Source of the DNA: an uncultured Cognatiyoonia sp.
GTDB taxonomy: Bacteria > Pseudomonadota > Alphaproteobacteria > Rhodobacterales > Rhodobacteraceae
Direction of reading: 5' to 3'
Length of the DNA stretch: 64,000 nucleotides
NCBI GenBank assembly: GCA_964414165.1
Contig: CAYPVL010000002.1
Location: 9,897 to 73,896 of the forward strand
A model generated the notes under the pieces. That model saw only the letters and a list, made by a program, of their open reading frames with translations, searched no databases and was not told where the DNA came from. Of the stretch, positions 30,741 to 40,488 are shown one piece after another. A program made the translations under genes and the position numbers. How positions within the stretch are numbered: the first letter of the stretch is position 1; every line of letters starts with the position of its first letter.

Positions 30741-31621
30741 TTTCCAGCCAATACACGAAGAAGATCATCCAATTGTTCCAATGACTTATAGCGAATTGAA
30801 ACCGTACCACTGCTTTGATCTGCTTTATGATCAATGCTGACAGGCATTCCAATTTGGGCGGCAAGTTCAGCTTCGATCTGAAGGGTATCAGCATCCTTGA
30901 TTGGCTTTGGGGCAGTGTTTGTCTTTGGCTTTGCAACCCCTTGTTTTACAAGCTTTTCAACCTCGCGGACTGAAAGTTTCTTTGCAACAATGTCGCGCGC
31001 AAGCTGGGATGCATTTTCGTGACCAATCAAGGCACGCGCATGGCCCGCAGACAAATCGCCGCGTGCCAGCAGATCAAGGACTGCATCTGGTAGGGCAAGC
31101 AGGCGCATTTGATTGGCAACATGGCTGCGGCTTTTGCCAAGGACCTTTGAAAGCTGATCCTGCGTATGGCCGAAGCGTTCCATCAGGTGCTTATAGCCAG
31201 ACGCTTCATCTACGGGATTCAAATCAGCGCGCTGAATGTTCTCGATGATCGCGACCTCAAGGACCTCGGTGTCATCAAATTCACGAATCAGGACAGGAAT
31301 GTCATGTAGATTGGCAAGTTGTGCCGCGCGCCAGCGCCGTTCGCCAGCCACGATCTGATAGCAGCTTGGATCAGTTGGATCTTGGCGGACAATAATGGGC
31401 TGGATGATGCCCTTTTCACGGATCGACGCCGCGAGATCATCAAGGGCTGTTTGTTCAAACGTCCTGCGGGGCTGATCCGGGTTTGGAACAACACGCTCAA
31501 TTGGTAGATGGGTATCGGGTTTGCGCTGCATGCTTTGATCCGCAGGCGCATCCGCATTCACATCGGCCATCAAAGCGGACAGACCGCGCCCCAACCCTCG
31601 GGATTTTTGCTGTTTTGTCAT
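30737..31621 (-). CDS. parB: Chromosome partitioning protein ParB
   Basis: GLGRGLSAL N-terminal motif, ParB box IVAGERRWRAA, HTH region. Confidence 0.9.
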   Translation of the reverse strand: MTKQQKSRGLGRGLSALMADVNADAPADQSMQRKPDTHLPIERVVPNPDQPRRTFEQTALDDLAASIREKGIIQPIIVRQDPTDPSCYQIVAGERRWRAAQLANLHDIPVLIREFDDTEVLEVAIIENIQRADLNPVDEASGYKHLMERFGHTQDQLSKVLGKSRSHVANQMRLLALPDAVLDLLARGDLSAGHARALIGHENASQLARDIVAKKLSVREVEKLVKQGVAKPKTNTAPKPIKDADTLQIEAELAAQIGMPVSIDHKADQSSGTVSIRYKSLEQLDDLLRVLAGN

Positions 31622-31632
31622 AGGTCTGCCCT

Positions 31633-32445
31633 TTATGCGGTAGTTTGATTCAAAGACATAAGTTCAGCAGCAAGTGCACGATAGGCCTGGCTGCCCTTGG
31701 ATGAAGGATCATAATTAAGTGCGGGCATTGCGAAAGATGGTGCCTCGCTTAGACGGACGTTTCTAGGAATGACAGTCTTAAAGACCAGACTACCAAGGTT
31801 TGCGCGCGCATCGTTTTCGACCTGAACAGATAGATTATTTCGGCGATCGTACATTGTGAGGACGACGCCTTCAATTCGCAGGTCTTTGTTTGCAGTTTCG
31901 CGAACTTCGCGGATGGTCAGCATCAGCTGCGAAAGCCCTTCAAGCGCGAAGAACTCGCTTTGTAACGGCACAATGATCGAATGGGCTGCAATAAAGGCGT
32001 TCACAGTCAATATATTGAGGGATGGCGGGCAATCAATCAATATGTAGTCAAAATCTAACAGATCCATCGTAAGCTGTCGCAAGGCATCGCGTAGCAAAAA
32101 ACTACGCTTTTCGTTCGCGATCAGTTCAATATCAGCTGAGCTGAGGTCTGTTGTGGCTGGAACGATGTAAAGGTCTTCGAATTCCGTTTCTCTTACGGCG
32201 TCTTCAGGACCAGCATCGCCAGTTAAAAGATCATATGTGGTGACTTTGCGTTGATCTTGATCAACGCCAAGGCCTGTGGATGCATTACCTTGGGGATCAA
32301 GATCGACGATAAGCACCCGCTGACCAAGCTCTGCCAGACCAGCGCCCAGATTGATCGTTGTCGTTGTTTTTCCAACGCCACCCTTTTGGTTGGCCAGTGC
32401 AATAATTTTTGCGCCATGTTGTGGGCTATGCATTGGCACGTTCAA
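31633..32445 (-). CDS. parA: Chromosome partitioning ATPase ParA (Soj)
   Basis: Deviant Walker A NQKGGVGKTTT. DLDPQGNAS. Confidence 0.9.
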   Translation of the reverse strand: MNVPMHSPQHGAKIIALANQKGGVGKTTTTINLGAGLAELGQRVLIVDLDPQGNASTGLGVDQDQRKVTTYDLLTGDAGPEDAVRETEFEDLYIVPATTDLSSADIELIANEKRSFLLRDALRQLTMDLLDFDYILIDCPPSLNILTVNAFIAAHSIIVPLQSEFFALEGLSQLMLTIREVRETANKDLRIEGVVLTMYDRRNNLSVQVENDARANLGSLVFKTVIPRNVRLSEAPSFAMPALNYDPSSKGSQAYRALAAELMSLNQTTA

Positions 32446-33043
32446 TATTCCTGATCTGCAACATTTTCGCTTCGTTATCGGTTATACTTGGGCGCTCAAC
32501 AACATCAAAGTGCCAGTTTTGACGCGCTTGTTCGATTTCATCCTGAAAACTACGCCCTTTAAGAAGTAGGAGGCACCCATCTTGGAGAATATGCCGCTTG
32601 CCTAATGAAAGGAGACCGTCAAGCGACATGAGCGCGCGTGCGCTCAGAACATTGGCATGTGCCGGCTCAAGGGTTTCTGCACGCTCAGCAATTATACCAA
32701 CTTGCAAATCAAGTGTTGTTGCGGCCACCCTTAGAAAAGCAGATTTTCTTTGATCGCTCTCAACCATCGTAACTTTTGCAGAAGGGTCTGTTTCTTTAAG
32801 GATTGCCGCAACAACGATACCGGGCAATCCACCCCCGCTTCCAATGTCGATCCAATCTGCCTTGATTGGAACATCCCAACAAAGCAACTGCGCTGAATCC
32901 GCAATATGACGGTTCCAAAGATCAGGTATTGTTAATTTGGAAACAAGATTTATTGACGCATTCCACTTTATGAGAAGGTTTGAATAAACCTCAAGCCGTT
33001 CTATTGTTTCACGTGAAACATCCAATCCTGCAATTTGCGGCAT
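32426..33043 (-). CDS. rsmG: 16S rRNA (guanine527-N7)-methyltransferase RsmG (GidB)
   Basis: 205 aa. DVSRET N-terminus. SAM site IDIGSGGGLPGI. Confidence 0.9.
   Translation of the reverse strand: MPQIAGLDVSRETIERLEVYSNLLIKWNASINLVSKLTIPDLWNRHIADSAQLLCWDVPIKADWIDIGSGGGLPGIVVAAILKETDPSAKVTMVESDQRKSAFLRVAATTLDLQVGIIAERAETLEPAHANVLSARALMSLDGLLSLGKRHILQDGCLLLLKGRSFQDEIEQARQNWHFDVVERPSITDNEAKMLQIRNIERANA
33005..33020. promoter_or_regulatory. parS: parS centromere site (perfect consensus palindrome)
   Basis: TGTTTCACGTGAAACA read directly. It lies in the rsmG 5' end and encodes (D)VSRET on the minus strand. Confidence 0.85.
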
Positions 33044-33045
33044 CC

Positions 33046-34923
33046 TTATACCGCTTTCTTCTGCTGTTCCCGTCGCAGATAGGCTGATATCACCAGTAGT
33101 GCCGCGGGCGTTATCCCATCAACCCTACCAGCGTGCGCAAGTGTACTAGGCTTTGCAGCCGTCAGTTTATTCTGTAGTTCAAAAGAAAGCCCACCAACCA
33201 TGGCATAATCAAGATCACGTGGGATCGTCATTTTTTCATCCCGCTCAAGCGCCGCAACATCCCTTGCTTGCCGCTCAATATAATGGGCATAAAGCGCGTC
33301 ATATTTAACTTGGGTCTTTGTCGCCACATCTATTTCATGTGCTCCTGGAACAAGTTGGTCCAACATATCGAGCGTAAAGTCATTAAGTGAAAGAGCCTCA
33401 TACCCTGTTCTATTTGGTGTATCAGGGTTCACCTTTGCGCCAACAGAGGCAATTTGGCGCGCGGTAAGCTTGGACTTATCAAGAAGACTGCGCGCATTCT
33501 TGAGTGCCTCCATCTTATCTGAAAAGTGCTTCCATCGCTTTTCACCAACAACACCAAGTTGCCTGCCTTCATCTGTCAATCGCTGATCGGCATTGTCAGC
33601 ACGCAGGGATAACCGAAATTCAGCGCGTGACGTAAACATTCTATAGGGCTCAGAAACTCCGCGGGTTACCAGGTCATCAACCATGACACCGATGTAGGAA
33701 GTCCGCCGTGTAAATACGTGCGGCTCTAATCCTTGTGCGCTGCGTGCTGCATTCAAACCAGCAACAAGTCCTTGCGCAGCTGCCTCTTCATATCCTGTTG
33801 TTCCGTTGATTTGCCCCGCAAGATAAAGCCCAGAACAGGCGCGCAATTCCAGCGTTGGCGTCAAAGCGCGCGGATCGACATGATCATACTCAATAGCATA
33901 TCCCGGTTGGAGGATCTTGGCATTCTCAAGCCCAGCGATGGAATGCACATATTCATCCTGCGTTTCCACCGGCAACGATGTTGAAATACCGTTTGGGTAC
34001 ACGGTATGGTCGCTTACCCCCTCGGGCTCGAGAAATATCTGGTGTGACGTCTTATCTGCAAAGCGCACAACCTTATCTTCGATAGAAGGGCAATATCGTG
34101 GCCCCACGCCTTCAATATGGCCGCCGTACATTGCCGATTTACTTAGGTTTTGTTGAATAATCTCGTGGGTACGTTCATTCGTATGGGTAATCCCGCACGA
34201 TACCTGATCAATAGAAACCGCGCCGGTCAGTGCTGAGAAAAAACTTGGGGTGTCATCGCCCGGCTGCATTTCAAGACCGCCCCAATTAATTGTCCGCCCA
34301 TCAAGACGGGGCGGCGTACCGGTTTTAAGCCTGCCCAGCGGAATATCCATTTCATCAAGCTGCTGCGCCATTAAGACAGATGGCTTGTCGCCCATGCGGC
34401 CACCAGGCTTTGCGACGTCACCAATATGGATAACCCCCCGCAAGAATGTCCCTGTGGTTAGGACAACGCGATGTGCCTTAATCTGCGCACCGTCAGCAAG
34501 CGTAATTCCCTCGCAGTGACCGTAAACCAATAAGAGACCGACAGCTTCCCCAGCAAGGATGTCCAAATTTTCCTGCAATTTTGTCAACCGACCCATCACA
34601 GCGCGATAAACTTGGCGATCAACTTGCGCCCGTGGACCCTGAACTGCTGGTCCCTTTTTTCGGTTCAACAGTCGAAACTGGATGCCCGCAGCATCTGCAA
34701 CGGTCCCCATGACACCATCAAACGCGTCAATCTCCCGGACAAGGTGCCCTTTACCCAGCCCACCGATTGCAGGGTTACAAGACAAAACACCGATCCCGTC
34801 TTCTGACAAAGTGACAAGCGCAGTCTTCGCTCCCGAACGGGCGGACACATGAGCAGCTTCGGTTCCAGCATGGCCGCCGCCCACAACAATGACGTCATAG
34901 TGTTTCACGTGAAACATCCTCAC
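33046..34923 (-). CDS. mnmG: tRNA uridine-5-carboxymethylaminomethyl modification enzyme MnmG (GidA)
   Basis: 625 aa. FAD motif [12 protein letters not shown]. The start may be the third-codon ATG (34917). Confidence 0.95.
   Translation of the reverse strand: MRMFHVKHYDVIVVGGGHAGTEAAHVSARSGAKTALVTLSEDGIGVLSCNPAIGGLGKGHLVREIDAFDGVMGTVADAAGIQFRLLNRKKGPAVQGPRAQVDRQVYRAVMGRLTKLQENLDILAGEAVGLLLVYGHCEGITLADGAQIKAHRVVLTTGTFLRGVIHIGDVAKPGGRMGDKPSVLMAQQLDEMDIPLGRLKTGTPPRLDGRTINWGGLEMQPGDDTPSFFSALTGAVSIDQVSCGITHTNERTHEIIQQNLSKSAMYGGHIEGVGPRYCPSIEDKVVRFADKTSHQIFLEPEGVSDHTVYPNGISTSLPVETQDEYVHSIAGLENAKILQPGYAIEYDHVDPRALTPTLELRACSGLYLAGQINGTTGYEEAAAQGLVAGLNAARSAQGLEPHVFTRRTSYIGVMVDDLVTRGVSEPYRMFTSRAEFRLSLRADNADQRLTDEGRQLGVVGEKRWKHFSDKMEALKNARSLLDKSKLTARQIASVGAKVNPDTPNRTGYEALSLNDFTLDMLDQLVPGAHEIDVATKTQVKYDALYAHYIERQARDVAALERDEKMTIPRDLDYAMVGGLSFELQNKLTAAKPSTLAHAGRVDGITPAALLVISAYLRREQQKKAV
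34901..34916. promoter_or_regulatory. parS: parS centromere site (perfect consensus palindrome)
   Basis: TGTTTCACGTGAAACA read directly. It lies in the first codons of mnmG and encodes MFHVKH on the minus strand. Confidence 0.85.
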
Positions 34924-36197
34924 TTACCGATGCAAAAGCTCGCAAAAATTTCATCTAGCAGATCTTCTACATCAACCCGACCTACGATGATGTCAACTGC
35001 GCGGATGGCAGCGCGCAGTTCATCCGCAATAAGATCAAGTCCAATGTTGTCTTCGATCATGCCCTGCACAGCCTTAATCCGCGTCACCGTCTCGGTCATC
35101 GCAACCTTATGTCGCAGCCGCATTGCAACGCCAGCGCATTGAGCACGCCCTTTTAGAATCATCCCTATCCGCTCAAGAAGCTCATCAACACCAGCGCCAG
35201 TTTCCCCCGAAACAGCAAAATCACCACCATTATATGTGTCTGCCTTCCCACGAACCACAATATCTTGGGAATTTACGTGGATATCCGGCACTTCATCACC
35301 ATCCATCAGTAGCACACGTAAATCTGCGGCTTCCGCCCGTTTGACTGCCAAAGCCACCCCAAGGCCTTCCACGTGATCATCTGTCTCCCGAATACCTGCA
35401 GTATCCAATAACGTCACAGCAAAGCCCGCCAGATCAAGCCGTACCTCAATCACGTCCCGCGTCGTACCTGCGACTGACGAAGTTAGCGCAGCTTCTCGCC
35501 CAGCGATCCTGTTCAAAAGCGTTGATTTTCCAGCGTTCGGTGCACCCACAATCGCGACCTCAAAGCCATCTCGGATTCGCTCTGCAGTGCCAACGCCATC
35601 AATCTGCTCCTTCAACGAACCCGCCACATTGATCAGTATCCCCCGAACTTCAGGAAGCACATCTTCAGGTACGTCCTCATCGGCAAAATCAATCGTTGCT
35701 TCAATGAGTGCTGCCGCCCTTACCAGCTGCTGCCGCCATTCGTCTGCCAGCGCCCCAAGTGCACCATCAAAAACCCGCACCGCTTGTTTGCGTTGTGCCT
35801 CTGTTTCTGCATCAATCAGATCCGCCAGCCCTTCGACCTGCGCCAAATCAAGCCGCCCGTTTTCAAGTGCGCGCCTGGTGAATTCTCCGGCCTCTGCAAA
35901 GCGAAGCCGCTTATCCCGCCCCAACAGATCAAGAACCGCTGCCACAATCGCCGGACTTCCATGCAGGTGGAGTTCCACGACGGGTTCACCTGTAAAGCTT
36001 CGCTTATCCTGAAATGTAAGCACCAAGGCTTCGTCGATCAGATCGCCTGATCCATCAATGATCCGCCGCACACCGCGCTGCATTGGGACAGACCCACAGA
36101 TATCCTGCGCTGCTGCAACCGCATCAACACCAGATATTCGCACAATCGCCACACCCGCCCGACCAGGCGCTGTTGCAAGGGCAAAGATTGTATCCAT
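34920..36197 (-). CDS. mnmE: tRNA modification GTPase MnmE (TrmE)
   Basis: [10 protein letters not shown]-terminus. G1 [13 protein letters not shown]-terminal CIGK tetrapeptide. Confidence 0.95.
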   Translation of the reverse strand: MDTIFALATAPGRAGVAIVRISGVDAVAAAQDICGSVPMQRGVRRIIDGSGDLIDEALVLTFQDKRSFTGEPVVELHLHGSPAIVAAVLDLLGRDKRLRFAEAGEFTRRALENGRLDLAQVEGLADLIDAETEAQRKQAVRVFDGALGALADEWRQQLVRAAALIEATIDFADEDVPEDVLPEVRGILINVAGSLKEQIDGVGTAERIRDGFEVAIVGAPNAGKSTLLNRIAGREAALTSSVAGTTRDVIEVRLDLAGFAVTLLDTAGIRETDDHVEGLGVALAVKRAEAADLRVLLMDGDEVPDIHVNSQDIVVRGKADTYNGGDFAVSGETGAGVDELLERIGMILKGRAQCAGVAMRLRHKVAMTETVTRIKAVQGMIEDNIGLDLIADELRAAIRAVDIIVGRVDVEDLLDEIFASFCIGK

Positions 36198-36227
36198 GTT
36201 ATCAACCCATTGTTTTAAAACAATAAG

Positions 36228-37514
36228 TTATGTGTTCATTGAATCAAAGAAATCTTCATTTGTCTTCGTCTGCTTCAACTTCCCAAGCAGGAATTCAATC
36301 GCATCCGTTGTCCCCATCGGGTTCAGGATACGCCGCAGCACATAGGTCTTTTGCAGATCGACCTTATCGACAAGCAACTCTTCCTTCCGCGTCCCGGATT
36401 TAAGAATATCCATCGCTGGGAAGACCCGCTTATCCGCGACTTTCCGATCCAGTACGATTTCAGAGTTACCAGTCCCTTTAAATTCTTCAAAGATCACTTC
36501 GTCCATCCGCGATCCTGTATCAATTAACGCTGTTGCGATGATCGTCAGGGACCCGCCTTCTTCAATGTTTCGTGCCGCACCAAAGAACCGCTTCGGCCTT
36601 TGCAGCGCGTTCGCATCGACACCACCTGTCAGAACTTTACCGGAGGATGGGACAGTCGTGTTGAACGCCCGTCCCAGACGCGTGATCGAATCCAATAGGA
36701 TCACAACGTCCCGCTTGTGTTCTACAAGCCGCTTTGCCTTTTCGATCACCATCTCAGACACAGCCACGTGCCGCGATGCCGGTTCGTCGAAAGTTGAGGA
36801 TACGACCTCCCCCTTCACGGACCGCTGCATGTCTGTCACTTCTTCCGGACGTTCATCAATCAGCAAAACGATCAGGTAACATTCAGGATGGTTCTTCTCG
36901 ATCGAATTCGCGATATTTTGCAGCAGAACCGTCTTACCTGTCCGTGGCGGGGCCACGATCAGTGATCGCTGCCCTTTCCCAATAGGCGATACCAGATCAA
37001 TGATCCGCGCTGACCGATCCTTACTATTATTCTCGGACGTCACTTCCATATTCAGCCGCTCATCAGGATAAAGCGGTGTCAGGTTTTCGAACGCGACTTT
37101 ATGCCGTGCTTTTTCGGGTTCTTCAAAATTGATCCGTTCCACCGCGATCAGTGCAAAGTACCGCTCACTATCCCGCGGTTCTTTCATCACCCCTTCAACC
37201 GTGTCGCCCGTCCGCAGCGCATGTTTGCGGATCATTTCAGGCGATACATAAATATCATCGGGCCCGGGCAGATAATTCGCCTCGGGTGAACGCAAGAACC
37301 CAAAACCGTCCTGCACCACTTCAAGCACACCATCACCACCGATGATCCATTCTTCATCCGCCCGCTCTTTCAAAATGGCGAACATCATGTCGCCTTTCCG
37401 CATAGTCGAGGCGTTTTCGATCTCAAGCTCTTCGGCCAGTGCCAAAAGGTCTTTGGGGCTTTGTGCCTTGAGATCAGCAAGGTTCAGGCGGTCTTGGGTC
37501 ATCATAAATACCAT
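36228..37514 (-). CDS. rho: Transcription termination factor Rho
   Basis: LNLADLK...LEIENAS N-terminal domain. GFGFLR RNA-binding motif. Walker A PPRTGKT. Confidence 0.95.
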   Translation of the reverse strand: MVFMMTQDRLNLADLKAQSPKDLLALAEELEIENASTMRKGDMMFAILKERADEEWIIGGDGVLEVVQDGFGFLRSPEANYLPGPDDIYVSPEMIRKHALRTGDTVEGVMKEPRDSERYFALIAVERINFEEPEKARHKVAFENLTPLYPDERLNMEVTSENNSKDRSARIIDLVSPIGKGQRSLIVAPPRTGKTVLLQNIANSIEKNHPECYLIVLLIDERPEEVTDMQRSVKGEVVSSTFDEPASRHVAVSEMVIEKAKRLVEHKRDVVILLDSITRLGRAFNTTVPSSGKVLTGGVDANALQRPKRFFGAARNIEEGGSLTIIATALIDTGSRMDEVIFEEFKGTGNSEIVLDRKVADKRVFPAMDILKSGTRKEELLVDKVDLQKTYVLRRILNPMGTTDAIEFLLGKLKQTKTNEDFFDSMNT

Positions 37515-37621
37515 ACGCCCCTGTCGCTTGGGGCCTTGTGTCGTGTGAAATGGAAAGTGCTTTATGCCCGGACGGGCAGCCCCGTGTTGTTAGGCATGAT
37601 TAGCTTGGGAGTCAACGCGCC

Positions 37622-38068
37622 CTAGAATGGCTTTACGATCACAGCGATCACGATCAGCACCATGAATACCGTCGGCACCTCATTCATCAGCCGATAGGTC
37701 CGCCCACTACGCGTGTTGGTTCCGGCTTCAAATTCCTTGCGCCGTCCACCAAGCCACATATGTGCGGCCGTCATCCCGATCACGCTAAGAAATTTCACCC
37801 AGCCCCATATCGATCCAAAGTCGAGCCCACCAAGGGATATTAAAATCAGCCCAAAGACCCACGAACTGATCATCGCTGGGTTCATGATCAACTTAAGCAA
37901 TTTCCGCTCCATCACTTGGAACGTCTTGTCCAACTCTGATCCGATCTCTGCCTGCTCTGCGTGGTACACAAACAATCTTGGTAAATAAAACATCCCCGCC
38001 ATCCACGCGATGACCGAGATCACGTGAAACGCTTTAATCCAATCATAGTATCCAGCCAGCCAGTCCAT
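37622..38068 (-). CDS. hemJ: Protoporphyrinogen IX oxidase HemJ (CopD-like small membrane protein)
   Basis: 148 aa, 4 TM segments. WIKAFHVISVIAWMAGMFYLPRLFVYH is the HemJ/UPF0093 N-terminal signature. Confidence 0.8.
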   Translation of the reverse strand: MDWLAGYYDWIKAFHVISVIAWMAGMFYLPRLFVYHAEQAEIGSELDKTFQVMERKLLKLIMNPAMISSWVFGLILISLGGLDFGSIWGWVKFLSVIGMTAAHMWLGGRRKEFEAGTNTRSGRTYRLMNEVPTVFMVLIVIAVIVKPF

Positions 38069-38178
38069 TTTTTGTCTTTCCCAGTTTCCTGATCTTCTTA
38101 CTTAAATATAATTATTTAGAAAGGATGATGATGAAGTAGGGAACATCGAATCTGGGGATACTTCTTTTGCCCACCAGT

Positions 38179-38187
38179 TTATCCACA
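38179..38187 (+). promoter_or_regulatory. DnaA box, perfect consensus
   Basis: TTATCCACA read directly in the hemJ|maf gap. Confidence 0.7.
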
Positions 38188-38463
38188 GATCACACAGCTA
38201 GAATTACTGGTTGCGGATGTCTGTTAATCATAAAATATGCAATATTATCAATATCTTGAAGACTTAATCAGTATGAATATTTTGTAAATCGCTCTCTTGA
38301 CTCTTCCTCTCCTTCAATTTCATTCACACCCCGCATTTTTCCCAATCCACAAGGTATGATTTTCGCCAGACCTGTACAGAACCTTCACTTATGCATCCTC
38401 TTGACCTGCTGGCCAAATCAGCCACAAGTCTGTCACATGTCCATACCTGTGTTTTACCCAAAG

Positions 38464-38472
38464 CTATCCACA
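38464..38472 (+). promoter_or_regulatory. DnaA box, 8/9 match
   Basis: CTATCCACA, ending 2 nt before the maf ATG. It could equally be a DnaA-titrating or promoter-proximal site. Confidence 0.4.
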
Positions 38473-38474
38473 AG

Positions 38475-39071
38475 ATGACCCCACTGATTCTTGCATCAGG
38501 CTCTCAGATTCGCGCTGATCTACTTCGCAATGCGGGTGTAGCCTTCGATGTGATTAAGCCACGCGTTGACGAAGATGCCTTGCGCGACTCGCTCATGGCC
38601 GAGTCTGCCTATCCCCGTGATATTGCCGATGCTTTGGCTGAAATGAAAGCCCAGCGCGTAGCTGCCAAGCACCCGGATCGTTTGGTTTTGGGTTGTGATC
38701 AGGTTCTTGCCTTCAAAACCGATTTAATTTCCAAGGCCGCGTCAGAAGATGAAGCCCTTGCCCTTCTTCAACGGATGCGTGGTCAGCCCCATCAATTACT
38801 GTCCGCTGCCGCTCTTTATGAAGATGCCAAACCCGTTTGGCGCCATGTCGGGATTGTTCGCCTGCACATGCGCGATGCGTCGGATGCTTACTTGCAAGAT
38901 TACGTTGCCCGCAATTGGTCTGAAATCCAGCACTGTGTTGGATGTTACCAGCTTGAGGCTGAGGGTGCCCGCCTGTTTCATCGTATCGAAGGTGACTACT
39001 TTAATGTCTTGGGCTTACCCCTACTCGCCCTCTTGTCATATCTCACACTTCGCGGGACATTGCCGGGATGA
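38475..39071 (+). CDS. maf: Maf-family nucleoside triphosphate pyrophosphatase
   Basis: The Maf family normally begins at LILASGSQIRADLL. I prefer the ATG at 38475 over the listed 38391, whose extra 28 aa run into the origin-like gap. Confidence 0.85.
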   Translation: MTPLILASGSQIRADLLRNAGVAFDVIKPRVDEDALRDSLMAESAYPRDIADALAEMKAQRVAAKHPDRLVLGCDQVLAFKTDLISKAASEDEALALLQRMRGQPHQLLSAAALYEDAKPVWRHVGIVRLHMRDASDAYLQDYVARNWSEIQHCVGCYQLEAEGARLFHRIEGDYFNVLGLPLLALLSYLTLRGTLPG

Positions 39072-39898
39072 ATCATGAGATTCCTCTTGCAGCCGTCATC
39101 GGCAAGCCGATCGCGCATTCGCGTTCACCGCGGATGCACCGTCATTGGTTGCAGCGCTATGACATTCGTGGCGATTATATCCCTCTTCCTGTGGAAGAGG
39201 CTGATCTTGCTACAGTCTTGCGTGCCATGCCAAAGATGGGCTTTGTCGGCACGAACGTGACCTTACCCCATAAAGTGGCAGCGATGAATATCGCGGATCG
39301 CGTCACAGATCGCGCCACGTTGATCGGTGCCGCCAATACGCTGACCTTTCGCGAAGATGGTACGATCCTGGCCGACAATACCGACGGTTATGGATTTATC
39401 GCCAATCTGCGCCAAGGTGCCCCAAACTGGGATCCAAAGTCTGGTCCTGTTGCCGTTCTGGGTGCAGGCGGGGCTGCCCGCGCCATTATCGTGGCGCTCG
39501 CCCATGAAGGTGTTGATGAGATTTATCTTGCCAACCGCACCCGCCCCAAGGCCGAAGCTTTGCGCACTGAATTCGGCCCGCGCATTACGGTGTTTGATTG
39601 GGTGCAAGCGGGCAATATGATTGCGGATTCCGCGACTGTCGTGAACACAACGTCTCTTGGCATGATTGGGCAGCCCGCTTTGCGCGTGCCTTTGGATGGT
39701 TTGCGCCCTGATATGGTTGTCACCGATATTGTTTATACCCCGCTGCGCACGTCGTTGATCGCTGCAGCAGAAGAGGTAGGCTGCACCACCGTTGATGGCC
39801 TTGGCATGCTTTTGCATCAAGGTGTTCCGGGATTTGAGCGTTGGTTTGGCAAACGCCCAGAGGTTGATGAAGACCTGCGCCGCATTGTTTTGAAATGA
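39068..39898 (+). CDS. aroE: Shikimate dehydrogenase
   Basis: IGKPIAHSRSP, NVTLPHK, NTDGYGF, LGAGGAARA. Confidence 0.9.
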   Translation: MNHEIPLAAVIGKPIAHSRSPRMHRHWLQRYDIRGDYIPLPVEEADLATVLRAMPKMGFVGTNVTLPHKVAAMNIADRVTDRATLIGAANTLTFREDGTILADNTDGYGFIANLRQGAPNWDPKSGPVAVLGAGGAARAIIVALAHEGVDEIYLANRTRPKAEALRTEFGPRITVFDWVQAGNMIADSATVVNTTSLGMIGQPALRVPLDGLRPDMVVTDIVYTPLRTSLIAAAEEVGCTTVDGLGMLLHQGVPGFERWFGKRPEVDEDLRRIVLK

Positions 39899-40488
39899 CC
39901 TTTGTCATTGGGCTGACCGGTTCTATCGGTATGGGAAAATCCACGACGGCCGCGATGTTTCGCGACGCGGGTATCCCGGTTTGGGATGCAGATGCCATTG
40001 TGCATGCCCTTTACGCCCCGGATGGCGCTGCGACCAAAGCTGTTGCTGACCTCTTTCCAAAAGCAATTGTCGATGGTGCTGTTTCACGCCCGGCCTTGCG
40101 CGCATTGATCGCGGATGACCCCACTGTCATGGATCGTCTGCAGGCTGTTGTGCACCCACTTGTTGCCGCAGATCGCATGCGTTTTCTTGAAAGCACTGAA
40201 AGTGATATTGTACTTCTGGATATCCCGCTTCTATTTGAAACCGGTGCGGATCAGTTTTGCGATATGACCGTTGTTGTTTCAGTTCCTGAGGAAACCCAAA
40301 AAGCCCGGGTTCTTGCGCGCGGCGAAATGACCGAAGCTGAATTTGAGATGATCAAATCCCGCCAAATGCCAGATGCTGAGAAACGAAAGCGCGCAGATCA
40401 TTTGATCGAGACGCGCACGCTGGACCAGACCCGCATGGATGTGCAAAAACTGCTAGGCGCTATTCGGGGGAAACTGGCAAATGCGTGA
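39895..40488 (+). CDS. coaE: Dephospho-CoA kinase
   Basis: IGLTGSIGMGKST P-loop. DIPLLFE. Confidence 0.9.
   Translation: MTFVIGLTGSIGMGKSTTAAMFRDAGIPVWDADAIVHALYAPDGAATKAVADLFPKAIVDGAVSRPALRALIADDPTVMDRLQAVVHPLVAADRMRFLESTESDIVLLDIPLLFETGADQFCDMTVVVSVPEETQKARVLARGEMTEAEFEMIKSRQMPDAEKRKRADHLIETRTLDQTRMDVQKLLGAIRGKLANA

Larger units (their letters stand above)
38069..38474. other. oriC: Candidate chromosomal replication origin (oriC)
   Basis: Largest non-coding gap in the window. AT-rich core about 38091-38300. One perfect DnaA box plus one 8/9 and three 7/9 boxes. Flanking transcription is divergent. parS/parAB lie 3-7 kb away. Confidence 0.55.

Noticed and set aside
38091-38300. CtrA-type full sites (TTAA-N7-TTAA) in the origin candidate.
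   Set aside because: Only TTAA half-sites and near misses occur (for example TTAA-ATATAAT-TATT). No perfect full site was seen, so I make no CtrA claim.
38391-38474. N-terminal extensions offered by the ORF track. This one is for maf; others are rph (28239), senC (60395), LysR (62614), HD hydrolase (63917), addB (55282), addA (52262) and the CAP protein (6720).
   Set aside because: The extensions lack family-typical sequence, run into regulatory gaps or upstream genes, and have weaker RBS context than the internal ATGs I chose. Start sites remain predictions.
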